From Octopus bimaculoides (lineage: Eukaryota): a DNA stretch of 64,000 bases. This document shows positions 48,184 through 60,338 of the stretch, one piece after another (the first letter of the stretch is position 1; the number at the start of each line of letters is the position of its first letter). Both the position numbers and the translations under genes were made by a program. The notes beneath the pieces were generated by a model. It worked only from the letters and a program-made list of their open reading frames with translations, was not told the origin of the DNA and did no database searches. Location: assembly GCF_001194135.2 (NCBI RefSeq), contig NC_068989.1, positions 75,278,064 through 75,342,063 of the forward strand, read 5' to 3'.

Positions 48184-48453
48184 TTAAGATCTTCCAAGGA
48201 TTATTGTTATTATTACTATATTTATCCTACATTATATTGGTACAGCTAGATGCAACTTCAAAAAACTGGTTCATCAGTCAACACCATTAGACTGTGGCTG
48301 GCATAATGGAATAGGAACTTTATTTGTATATTAAAAACGTTTCCCATAAACAAATTAAAAAGATTTAAAACATTATATATATNNNNNNNNNNNNNNNNNN
48401 NNNNNNNNNNNNNNNNNNNNNNNNNNNNNNNNNNNNNNNNNNNNNNNTATATA

Positions 48454-49200
48454 CAGGGTGCGGTGAATAAACTGTTTAAGTTACGCAAAAATGAAAATAA
48501 CACTGGCATCTCATTTTAACAGATATATTTACCAAAATTACATAAAAATATCTTGGAATACTAAAGAGTAAATTTATTCAATAAAACCATCATTGGCTTC
48601 AGCCACAGCCTCCAGACGACTTCAGAATCTCCTGCAACTCTTCTGGATGGTCTCCTTGTTTAAGTTAGTGAATGCTGCCATAATACATGCCTTCATTTCA
48701 TCTTTGATCTTATAAGGAGTTTTGTTGGTCTCTCGCTCAACTGTGCCCCACATATAATAATGAAAGGGGTTGCAGTCTGAGGAGTTAGGTGGCCAGATGT
48801 TACAGGTGATGTGGTTACAGAAATTGTCTGACAGCCATGACTGGGTCCTCTTGCTTGTGTGGCATGATTTAGAGTCCTGTTGCCAGACATAGGGCCTTCC
48901 AGTGGCCACCCTCTAGACCCAGAGCAGCACTACCTCTTCCAAGCACTTGGTGTAGGCTTCTGTGTTGAGTCTGAGGCCATGTGGGAAGATGAATGGAGAC
49001 ATAACGTAGCCATCATTAGTGATCACTCCAAACACGATGATGTTGACTGGATGTTTGGTTTTTATCACTCTTGGTACATGTTTTCAGATTGCACTGTCTT
49101 CAGATTCTGAAATGTTCATATTGGAGTTTCCGGTGTGAATGCCAAGTGGTACAGCATGTCGTTTTCAAATTTCTGGCAGAGTGAATTGCATCATGGTGCT
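48454..49200 (-). mobile_element. Tc1/mariner DD37D (maT-like) transposase 3' half with terminal repeat
   Basis: KHPVNIIVFGVI...YVWQQDSKSCHTSKRTQSWL...WPPNSSDCNPFHY...SRLEAVAEANDGFIE*. There are 37 residues between the QQD aspartate and the position of the third Asp (here His). End TA|CAGGGTGCGGTG. Confidence 0.9.
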
Positions 49201-49226
49201 GTTTTTCTCATATATATATATATATA

Positions 49227-49674
49227 TTCTTTTACTCTGTTACTTGTGTCAGTCACTTGACTGCGGCCATGCTGGAGCACTGCCTTTAGTCGAACAAATC
49301 AACTCCAGGACTTATTCTTTGTAAGCCTAATACTTATCCTATTGGTCACTTTTGCTGAACTGCTAAACCAACATCGGTTGTCAAGCGATGGTGGGGGGAC
49401 AGACACACACACACACACATATACGACGGGCTTCTTCCAGCTTCCATTTACCAAATCCACTCATAAGGCTTTGGTCGGTGTGAGGCTATAGTAGAAGACA
49501 CTTGCCTAAGGTGCCACACAGTGGGACTGAACCTGGAACCATGTGGTTGGTAAGCAAGCTACTTAGCACACAGCCTCTCATATATATATATATATATATA
49601 TATTTTATTAAAATGTCTGAGTGCCAGTAAGTCTTGCAGGTATGTGTATTGTCTGAGTGCATTTATGCTTTGCT

Positions 49675-49731
<57 letters not shown>

Positions 49732-50550
49732 ACACCAACTATAGTAGATATGTGTGTATATATCTGTATGTCTTTATGTGTGTCTATGTAGAAGTTTTAT
49801 TCAATGGGATATAATGTCCTTTTGCGTGTGTGCGTGTATGTGTCTATGTCTTTTATATATGATGTGATGTCTTTATTTAGTGTTAGTAAGTCTTTACAGA
49901 TGTAGTAAAACAAACGAAAACCAAAAATACAAAACAAAACTCTGCCTTTCTACTGAAACACTCTGGGAATAGGATGGAACATGAACACCAGTAACAGAAA
50001 GCTGTGACTTAAGCAACTGCAGCTGTTTCTCTTATGTCGTTACTGAGAGACTCCCAGTAACATAGACACTCTCTATGCGGTCACCCAACCCAGTAGAAGT
50101 AGCAGCCAAATCTCTCTTAAATTTGAACCACACCTTATTGTCTTAATGGATACATTAGATAATATAGTCTGGGTTGGGCAATTATCTCTTACTTGTTTCA
50201 GTCATTAGACTGGGGCCATGCTGGAGCACTGCCTTCTTGAAGGATTTTTAGTTGAATGAATTGACCTCCAGTACCTATTTCTTTTAAAGCCTGGTATTTT
50301 ATTCTGTCAGTCTCTTTTTGCTGAACTGCATAGTTACAAGTACGTAAACCCACCAACACTGTCTGTCGGACAGGGATGGGGGACAAACAGACACAAAAGA
50401 CACGCAATGCAGGCTTCTTTCAGTTTCTGTCTACCAAATCCACTCACAAGACTTTGGTTGGCCCAAGGATACAATAGAAGACATTTGCCCAAGGTGCCAC
50501 GGAACCATGTGATTGCAAAGCAAGCTTTTTACCACACAGCTATGCTTGCA
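49227..50550 (-). mobile_element. Two family A copies
   Basis: 49227-49579 and about 50185-50550. Confidence 0.85.
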
Positions 50551-50716
50551 CCTATAACTCTTGAAAATAAGATGAGATGGTCATGGTTTGGAATGCCATT
50601 TTGGTGATCAGTCTGCTTGATTAGTGCCAACTTGAGTGTTAACAACAACAAAAACAAACATGGTTACAGTTAAAGGATGCAAGCAGACATATGTTACACA
50701 ATATTTCTTTCTCTCT

Positions 50717-51141
50717 AAGGCGGTGAGCTGGCAGAGACGTTAGAACACCGGGTGAAATGCTTCGTAGTATTTTGTCTGTCTTTATGTTCTGAGTTCAAAT
50801 TCCACCGACATTGACTTTGCCTTTCATCCTTTTTGGGATTCGATAAATTAAGTACCAGTTGCGTACTGGGGTCAATCTAATCGACTGGTCCCTCCTCCCC
50901 CCAAATTTCGGGCCTTGTGCCTAGAGTAGAAAAGATTATTATTTTGTTAAAGGTGGCAATCTGGCAGAAACATTAGCACACCAGGCGAAATGCTTAGCGG
51001 TATTCCACTGAGATCGACTTTGCTTTTCATCCTTTCAGGGTCGATAAATTAAGTGCCAGTTGCATACTGGGGTCGATCTAATCGACTGACCCCCCCCCCT
51101 TCCCCAAAAATTTTGGGCCTCGTGCCTAGCGTAGAAAAGAA
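50717..51141 (+). mobile_element. Head-to-tail tandem of two family B SINEs
   Basis: 50717-50934 and 50949-51141; the second has an internal deletion. Confidence 0.9.
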
Positions 51142-52742
51142 TACTTCTTTCTCTATCTTGCTATTGTAATCCTCCTCACTAGCGTCATCACATCTCCACA
51201 TCACTTTGACCTCACCTTCCCCCCACATCCCATGATGGTGGTAGTACACACATGCATGTGTGTTTGTGTGTGTGTGTGTGTGTAAGGGTGTCTCTCTTAG
51301 CAAAAGGAGAACAAAAAGCATGGAAGTGACGTTACCTTCCTTGCCTTCGCTCTCTTTCTCTGGCGGCTGTATTTATTACTAAACGGCAATGTCAACAGGA
51401 GTGAGAAATATATGAAGGAACTCAATGAACTGATATATGTATGTGTTTATGTATATACATATGTGTGTGTGTGTGTGTGTGTGTACTTGTAATATATGCT
51501 GGAGGTGGCTGTTGTGTAGAAAAAGAATGTTTTATGCATAATCAGTCTTCCTTATGGCTTTCACTCCATTCCATTTCCTGGTTTGTTGTCACCACCACCA
51601 TTATTATTGTGGTAGAAAACATTCCATTATATATATATATATATATATATATATNNNNNNNNNNNNNNNNNNNNNNNNNNNNNNNNNNNNNNNNNNNNNN
51701 NNNNNNNNNNNNNNNNNNNNNNNNNNNNNNNNNNNNNNNNNNNNNNNNNNNNNNNNNNNNNNNNNNNNNNNNNTATTATTATTATTATTATTATTATTAT
51801 TTTATTTTTCTTCTGGAGTGGGAGAAGTGAAATTTCTGCCCCTCCTGTCTCACTCAAACAATTATCTGATTCTGGAATGTCTTTTAAGACTTCCGGTTTT
51901 TTTCTTTTTTTTTTTTTTTTCCATTTTTTGTATTCTAGTTTCTATAATCTGAATCATATTTGTTGCCAGCGATCTGGTAGTTAGTTATATAGTGGTTTTC
52001 ATTAAAAAGAAGAAAGAAAAATTATGCTTAATGCTTTGTCCAAGCAATCATCATCATTATAGTCATCATCCATCAATATCATCACCAAACCTCACCCCAT
52101 CATTATCATCATCATCATTGTATTTCTTACATTTGCTTTTCCATACTGGTATGGGTTGAAAGGGACTTTTCTGAAGCAATGTTTTATGGCTAGATACCCT
52201 TCCTTTTGTGTGGAGGCGCAATGGCCCAGTGGTTAGGGTACACGTGTCTGTGGAGTGCTCAGCCACTTGCACGTTAATTTCACGAGCAGGCTGTTCCGTT
52301 GATCGGATCAACTAGAACCCTCGACGTTGTAAGCGATGGAGTGCCAACAACCCTTCCTGTTGCCAGGTCTTTCTTTGTTGTCGTTTACAGCACACAGGCA
52401 AGAAAACAATGTACCCATTCTAATAATCCTGGCATGTTACCAACGCTCATCTGATTCTAAGTAAGATAATATTTCCCCTGGTTCTTCTAACACAAACATC
52501 ACAAGAGTCAGACATGGTTTTGTGGAAGATTGCAAATGAGTGACACTGCTTGTATGACAGTGAGGTTCATTTACTGAAAATTAGATTCATCTTTATTGAA
52601 GAGATGAAAGTCTGGGCATTTATAAATTGAAGGGTCTGTTCTGTTGATTACTTGACCAACTAGAAATAGCAGCAAAATGTCCCACAATTATACTGTAGCA
52701 CGTTAAAAATAAAATAAAATAAAGGATACTTTAGATAGCGTA

Positions 52743-55273
52743 TACTCTCTTTTACTCTTTTACCTGTTTCAGTCATTTGACTGTGGCCATGCTGGAGCAC
52801 CGCCTTTAGTCGAGCAAATCGACCCCAGGACTTATTCTTTGAAAGCCTAGCACTTATTCTATCGGTCTCTTTTGCCGAACTGCTAAGTTATGGGGACGTA
52901 AACACACCAGCATCGGTTGTCAGGCGATGTTGGGGGGACAAACACACACACACAAACATAAATACACACANNNNNNNNNNNNNNNNNNNNNNNNNNNNNN
53001 NNNNNNNNNNNNNNNNNNNNNNNNNNNNNNNNNNNNNNNNNNNNNNNNNNNNNNNNNNNNNNNNNNNNNNNNNNNNNNNNNNNNNNNNNNNNNNNNNNNN
53101 NNNNNNNNNNNNNNNNNNNNNNNNNNNNNNNNNNNNNNNNNNNNNNNNNNNNNNNNNNNNNNNNNNNNNNNNNNNNNNNNNNNNNNNNNNNNNNNNNNNN
53201 NNNNNNNNNNNNNNNNNNNNNNNNNNNNNNNNNNNNNNNNNNNNNNNNNNNNNNNNNNNNNNNNNNNNNNNNNNNNNNNNNNNNNNNNNNNNNNNNNNNN
53301 NNNNNNNNNNNNNNNNNNNNNNNNNNNNNNNNNNNNNNNNNNNNNNNNNNNNNNNNNNNNNNNNNNNNNNNNNNNNNNNNNNNNNNNNNNNNNNNNNNNN
53401 NNNNNNNNNNNNNNNNNNNNNNNNNNNNNNNNNNNNNNNNNNNNNNNNNNNNNNNNNNNNNNNNNNNNNNNNNNNNNNNNNNNNNNNNNNNNNNNNNNNN
53501 NNNNNNNNNNNNNNNNNNNNNNNNNNNNNNNNNNNNNNNNNNNNNNNNNNNNNNNNNNNNNNNNNNNNGGCACCTTGGGCAAGTGTCTTCTAATATAGCC
53601 TCGGGCTGACCAAAGCCTTGTGAGTGGATTTGGTAGATGGAAACTAAAAGAAGCCTGTCGTATATATGTATATGTATATATATATGTGTGTGTTTGTGTG
53701 TCTGTGTTTGTCCCCCCAACATCGCTTGACAATCGATGTTGGTATGTTTAGGTGCCCGTAACTTAGTGGTTCGGCAAAAGAGTCCGATAGAATAAGTACT
53801 AGGCTTACAAAGAATAACTCCTGTGGTCGATTTGCTTGACTAGAGGTAGTGCTCCAGCATGGCCACAGTCAAATGACTGAAACAAGTAAAAGAATAAAAG
53901 AACATATGCAACAGGCTTCGACACAGCTTCTGTCTGTCAAATTTACTCACAACATATTGGTTGGCCCCGGGCTATAATAAAAGACACCCAAGGTGCCATG
54001 AAGTGGGACCGAACCTGGAACTACATGGTTGCAAAGCAAGCATCTTTACCACACAGCCCAGCCGTTCCTTATGCCTATGTAGCTTGTAGTTCTTAGATAC
54101 ATTCTGAATGAAGCAAAGAATGGTCATACTTTGAATATCACGGACCATAAGACTCGGTCGGCTTTGTTAGGACTGAACTGGTGCATAACAGCACCAACAG
54201 GGTAAAGCTTGTTGATAGTATTGCATGACTTGGCATTTGGTGTGATTGTTTTACAAATAATACTGTGAAACTGATTGGTTTTCAGTGGACAAATATTTGA
54301 TAGCTTGTTTGTTGAAGACAAATTCATGCCGGAAATATTTATGTTACTTAGTGAAACTGAAGCTTGATGGGATAAGAGACCCTCTCTCTTTCTCTTTTTG
54401 TGTATGCGTGTGAATGTATATGTATGCATGTATGTCTGTATGTATATATGTATGTATGTATGTTTTCATTCTTCTTTTATTCTTTGACTTGTTTCAGTCA
54501 TTTGACTGCAGCCATGCTGGAGCACCGCCTTTAGTCGTGCAAATCGACCCTAGTATTTATTCTTTGTAAGCCTAATACTTATTCTAGTGGTCTCTTTTGC
54601 TGAACCGCTAAGTTACGGGACATAAACACATCAGCATCGGTTGTCAAACGATGTTGGGGGGAACGAACACAGACCCCCCCCACACACACACGAAGGGCTT
54701 CTTTTAGTTTCCATTTACCAAATTCACTCACAAGGCTTTGATCGGCCCGAGGCTATAATAGAAGACACTTGCCCAAGGTGCCATGCAGCGGGACTGAACC
54801 CGGAGCCATATCTATTATCTTTTTTTTTGTTTTTTTGTTTCATTTGGAAGATTTAGTTGGACATAGTACTTCTTTTTAAGTTTAGTATTTATTCTATTGA
54901 TGTCTTTTGCCAAACTGCTAAGTTGCAGGTATGTAAACAAACCAGCACCAGCTGTCAAACAGTGGTTGGAGACAGACAGACAGACAGACAGACAGACACA
55001 CATTATCTATTCAGCAGTATCATTCATTTCCAATATTCTGCGATAAACTTGCTTCAGTCATTTGACTGTGGCCATGCTGGAGCACTGCCTTTAGTCAAAC
55101 AAATCAACCCCCAGGGCTTAATCTTTGTAAGCCTCATACTTATTCTATCGGTCTCTTTTGCCGAACCACTAAGTTACTGGGACATAAACACCAATATCAG
55201 TTGTCAGGCGATGGTGAGGGGACAAACACAGACACATAGATACATACATATACATACATACATACATACATGC

Positions 55274-55355
<82 letters not shown>

Positions 55356-55515
55356 CTGGTTTCTTTCAGTTTCTGTCTACCAAATAAACTCACAAAGGTT
55401 TGGTCAGCTCGAGGCTATAGTGGAAGACCCTTGCCCAAGGTGTCATGTAGTGGGACTGAACCTGGAACCATGTGGTTGGGAAGCAAGCTTCTTACCACAC
55501 AGCCACTCCTTCACC
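52743..55515. mobile_element. Dense mixed-orientation cluster of family A copies
   Basis: 52743-52970 (-), 53569-53900 (+), 53915-54065 (-), 54470-54810 (-), 54840-55000 (-), 55047-55515 (-). Confidence 0.85.
54096..54370 (+). mobile_element. Possible piggyBac transposase remnant
   Basis: YILNEAKNGHTLNI...HDLAFGVIVLQI...DSLFVEDKFMPEIFMLLSE loosely matches piggyBac Y.LC(D/E)..TGY.LNF...GL..DVV..L...HLF.DNF.TS.EL...L. Contains stops. Confidence 0.4.
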
Positions 55516-55759
55516 TGGGGAAATATCACTTTGCTTTGCTATATGTGTGTGATATATAGAGTTCTAATATTGGTGTCTGACTTTTGGCCCACCCTGTACT
55601 TTGACCAATGTAAGCATGGAAAATTGAATGTTAAAACAATGATGGTGATGATTTCTGGAACACATTTGGTCATCTTTGCTTGGTCAGGAATGACTTGGGG
55701 ATAAACAACAACATCACACTTCAGGAAAACGAATATTTCTTTGTCAATATTTTTGTTTC

Positions 55760-56300
55760 TTAAGGTGGTGAGTTGGCAGAAACATTAGCATGCCTGGTGG
55801 AATGCTTAGCGGTATTTCATCTGCGTTACGTTCCAAGTTCAAATTCCCCTGAGGTCAACTTTGCCTTTCATCCTTTTGGGGTCGATAAATTAAGTACCAG
55901 TTACGCGCTGGTGTCGATGTAATCGACTTACTTAATCCCTTTGTCTGTCCGATGTTTAACCCTTTGTGGGCAATAAAGAAATAAGAAATAGTAACCAAAT
56001 CACCCTCAAATCAGACCCTGTCAAAATGATATATTGAATAATGTGGTCTCTGGAATCTTGTGCATTCAAAAAAAAAAAAAACAAAAAAAAAACAAAAAAA
56101 ACTAGTCAGTTATGTCTGGTGAAATTCTTGGCAGTATTTTGTCTGTCTTTACATTCCGAGTTCAAATTCCGCTGAGGTTGACTTTGCCTTTCATTCTTTC
56201 AGAGTCAATAAATTAAGTACCAGTTGTGTACTGGGGTTGATCTAATCGACTGGCTGCCTCCCCAAAAATTTTGGGCCTTGTGCCTAGAATGGAAAAGAAT
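55760..56300 (+). mobile_element. Two family B copies separated by a copied segment of about 150 bp
   Basis: B at 55760-55985 and 56120-56300. Confidence 0.8.
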
Positions 56301-56309
56301 ATTTTTGTT

Positions 56310-56700
56310 TAATTTTTTAGACCCCCCCCATTTTCTCCATAGTCTTTTTCACTTGTTGATTTTTCTTTCATTTTCTTTTTCCTTCTCCTATCTCCTCACC
56401 TTTCCCCGTTTTCTTTCGTTTCCTTCTTCTTCTTTCTCTTGTGTCTCCTTCCTCTCTTTCTTTTGCATCTTTTCCCTCTTCTCTGTCGTCTTTCTCCTTT
56501 CTCTCTCCCACTTCTCATTATTCTCCCATTCTCCATCATCGTCTTTGTCTTTTCTTTCTCCTTTGTCTTGTCTTTCCCTCTTCTCTTTCTTTCCCTTTAT
56601 TATTCATCCTCTTTGTCTTCTTCTCACTTCATCTTTTCCTATCCATCATCTAGCCCCCTCCCCTCATCCCATACTTCCTCAGCCTCCCCCACATTCTGGC
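56310..56700 (+). repeat. Polypyrimidine low-complexity tract, followed by degenerate (TATG/CATG)n at 56780-56970
   Basis: Direct reading. Confidence 0.85.
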
Positions 56701-57115
56701 AGAAGTGAGATTAGGAGATTATTAGCACTATATTTTTTTATTTGTTTATTTATTTGGTTCTGGATTGTCATGTGATTGCTTATAGGGATTACTCATCATG
56801 TATGTATGTATGTATGCATGCATGTGGCTATTTCTGCATGTATGCATGTGGTTATGTATGTGCGCACATGGTTATGTATTCATGTATGCATGCATGTGGC
56901 TATATCTTTATGTATGTATGCTTCTATGCATGTCGTTATGTATGTGTATATGTGTGTATGCATTTGTTTGCCTTATCAACATAACCAGGTTAGTAAAGCA
57001 AGTGGACTTTTTCATTATTGTTGAAGACAAGTCTCTAAATTAGCTTCTTGCTGGAACCAAATGTATTCCTTGCCACCACTATGGCTACCACTACCACAAC
57101 TACATACATACATCA

Positions 57116-57149
<34 letters not shown>

Positions 57150-57270
57150 CATACATTCCACTGTGCAATCATAGCTTAACAACACTGAACATTGTTCATT
57201 ACCAAAGCACTTGGGTAAGTAGTGTAATTACATTTTGAGTTAATGACTCAAAGACTTTGGTGCAAAACTG

Positions 57271-57317
<47 letters not shown>

Positions 57318-57768
57318 AAGCTAGCCTCAGTAATTCTCTTAGTTTAAGGTCTTTTCAGTGTTTGTTGTGGTCCAGTGGAGTTTGGATCAAGCTTGATAGA
57401 AAGGGTGAATGATGGCTGCTACTGCTACTGTTTTTGTTGTTGTCGTTATTTAACCCTAGGCTAGTTCCAATCCAGCAGACCACAAAGGTAGTTGGTTGAA
57501 TTAAGTGCAAACCACAGATCTTTTGTTTCAGTTGTATCATGCAACAGCATAGCTAAGGGCCATGCTGCACACCCCAAAATGTAGAAAGTCATTGTTTGTT
57601 GTTGTTTAGCCCTAGGTCAACACTAATCAAACAGACCTGTGATCAAAAGTATGCCAGCCATAACTGACTAGTTTTTTGTTTTTTGAATGCGCAAGATTCC
57701 AGAGACCACATTATTCAATATATCATTTTGACAGGGTCTGATTTGAGGGTGATTTGGTTGCTATTTCT

Positions 57769-58000
57769 TATTTCTTTATTGCTCACATGGGGCTAAACAT
57801 AGAGGGGACAAACAAGGACAGACAAAGGGGTTAAGTCGATTACATCGACCCCAGTGCGTAACTGGTACTTATTTAATTCACCCCGAAAAGATGAAATGCT
57901 ATGTCGACCTTGGCGGAATTTGAACTCAAAACGTAGCGGCAGATGAAATACCGCTAAGCATTTCGCCTGGTGTGCTAACGTTTCTGCTAGCTCGTTGCCG
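57769..58000 (-). mobile_element. Family B SINE inserted into a family F repeat
   Basis: Perfect 15-bp TSD TTGGTTGCTATTTCT at 57754-57768 and 58001-58015. Confidence 0.9.
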
Positions 58001-59019
58001 TTGGTTGCTATTTCTAACAGGTCAAATGAAGGTCATGAAAATACTCCTTCACTTGACATTTAACTGTATGGTAAAGTAATTTTCTCAAGTCATGCTGACT
58101 CATAAGGGCCGGTTTACCAGTTTCGTGACGTATATATTCCCTACCTGGACTGGACGCCAGTTCATTGTAGGATTACTCATTTTTGCCAGCTGAGTGGACT
58201 GGTGCAATGTGAAACGAAGTGTTTTACCCAAGAACACAACACATCACCCAGTCCAGGAATTGAAACCTCAGCCTTACAATCATGAGTCCAACACCTAAGC
58301 CCCGAAACCATGTGTCACCATAATTAACTGTATAGAGGTACCAGGTTGCCACCTGGACATGCTGTACTCTCTCCACCATCCAATTTATTTCAGTATACCT
58401 GCAGATTCTGATTGTTGTTGTTTAACCCTAGGTCAACCCTGATGAGTAGATCTATGATCAAAGACATTCCAGCCATGACCATCCCCATCCCCATTTTTTC
58501 CCTATGAGCTGGGTACCCAGGATGGCATTTTCCAAAATGACCAAGTCATGATTTGTCGGAATTTAGCTGCCACTTTTTGCAGGTTGAGTGATCATGTAAG
58601 AGATTCCCTCATTGGTCATATAGATTTTGGTGTGATGGCCACAACTGATTCAGCCAAGATGGACATGGCCAAAGACTGACTTTTTCTTTTCTCATCTAGA
58701 GAATTGGTAGTAGGATCTTTTATTGTTTTCCTCATTTGCTTGTTTTTGTTGGTTTGTTTAATGTCCCTTTTTTCCCCCCCTGCCAGCATGGGTTTGGATG
58801 ATGGGGGCAGGTGATGAGTTACTTGAGACAGGTTTTTGCGACTGGATACTCTTTCTGTTGCCAACTCCTGTTTTCACGTAAGGTCTCTGAATGCTCGGAG
58901 TGGCTGGTCTGGTTTTTATGTCAACGAGGAATGTCAACATCAATAATGCTTTACTCAACTGGTGCTGAATATCCACATTCATGCACATTTATGCACATGT
59001 ACACACACACACATGTATA

Positions 59020-59399
59020 TATGCATGTGCAGGTGTAGCTCTGTGGTAAGAAGCTTGCTTCCCAAACACATAGTTCCAAGTTCAGTCTCACTATGTGACA
59101 ATTGGGAAAGTGTCTTCTACTATAGCCTCTAGCCAACTAAAGCCTTATGAGTAGATTTGGTACATGGAAACTGAAAGAAGTCTATCATGTGACTGGCCCT
59201 CGTGCCGGTGGCACGTAAAAGCACCCACTACACTCTCGGAGTGGTTGGCGTTAGGAAGGGCATCAAGCTGTAGAAACTCTGCCAGATCAGATTGGATCCT
59301 GGTGCAGCCTTCTGGCTTGCAAGTCCTCAGTCAAATCGTCCAACCCATGCTAGCATGGAAAGTGGATGTTAAACGATGATGATGATGATAATGATGATA

Positions 59400-59435
<36 letters not shown>

Positions 59436-59660
59436 GTGTTTGTGTCTGTGTTTGGCCATCCCCTACCATTGCTTGACAACCGATGTTGGTGTGTTTACAT
59501 CCTCATAACTTAGTGGTTTGGCTAAAGAAACCAATAGAATAAGTACCAGGCTTACAAAGAATAAGTCCTGGTGTTAATTTGTTCAACTAAAACCCCTTAA
59601 GGTGGTGCTCCAGCATGACCACAGTCAAATGACTGAAACAAGTAAAAGAATAAAAGAATA
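59020..59660 (+). mobile_element. Family A copy interrupted at its microsatellite by a family D 3' segment (59190-59400)
   Basis: A 5' half ends gaagtctatcatg. D segment runs to a (GAT)n tail, then (TA)n and the A 3' half. No gap at either junction. Confidence 0.85.
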
Positions 59661-59679
59661 TAAATATGTGTGTGTGTGT

Positions 59680-60065
59680 GGCATGGCTGTGTGGTGAGAA
59701 ACCACGATTTTGGGTTCAAACCCACTGCGTGGAGCTTTGTGGAGGTTTCTTCTATAATAGTAGAACAACAACCAAAGCCTTATTTGTGAATTGGTAGATG
59801 GAAACTAAAAGAAGCCCATCATATGTATGTGTGTGCTTAACTGTCTCCTTGCCTTGACATCACATTATAAGTGTCACCATCACGTAGGTGGTGTCCTTCA
59901 TTTTCAGTCTTCTGTGAAAATATGTCTGGTCATGGGAAATATTACCTTGCTTGGAAACAGGTGAGGGTTGGTAACAGGAAGTGCGTCCAGCTGTAGAAGA
60001 TCCATCATAGCAGATTCCATCTGACCTTCGTAAGGATGGGAAAGCTGATGTTAAAATGGTGACAT
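59680..60065 (+). mobile_element. SINE family E: family A head with a different body and a D-like 3' tail
   Basis: A-type head, then ...gagggttggtaacaggaagtgcgtccagctgtagaa...gatgttaaaatgg. Related pieces at about 18810-18930 (+), 34150-34370 (-) and 52090-52560 (-). Confidence 0.7.
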
Positions 60066-60073
60066 GAGATATG

Positions 60074-60338
60074 CACTGGCTCGGGAATAAAATTTGCTTA
60101 GAGGGTGCAAACCCAGGTTCAAATCTTTTTACAAACAAGGTCTTTTTTTTTTTCTGTTATTTATTTTTGTGTTTTGTTCTTTGAAAAGGAACCTAACTTT
60201 CAAGCTACTTTTTACACATCACTTTTTATTCACTGTTTTGAGGAAAATAATTAGGGGTGCAAATTTTGGTTCTGCACTCCTCAAAAATTCTAGGGGGTGC
60301 GCTTGCACCACCTGCACCTCCCTGTTCCCGGGCCCATG
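60074..60338. mobile_element. Old hAT-like MITE
   Basis: Imperfect TIRs cactggctcgggaa / ttcccgggcccatg, repeated gggtgca/tgcacc subterminal motifs, and a degenerate 8-bp flank (gagatatg / gccatata). Confidence 0.5.

Noticed and set aside
56224-56775. 183-aa Phe/Leu/Ser-rich ORF, and similar ORFs at 26176-26825 and 60094-60777
   Set aside because: Products of pyrimidine-rich low complexity or concatenated repeat fragments; stop codons are depleted by composition.
4455-58450. Other CTGATGA hits (about 4457, 24186, 37826, 41008, 58439) as hammerheads
   Set aside because: None is followed by a stem II plus GAAA and a UH triplet with matching stem I.
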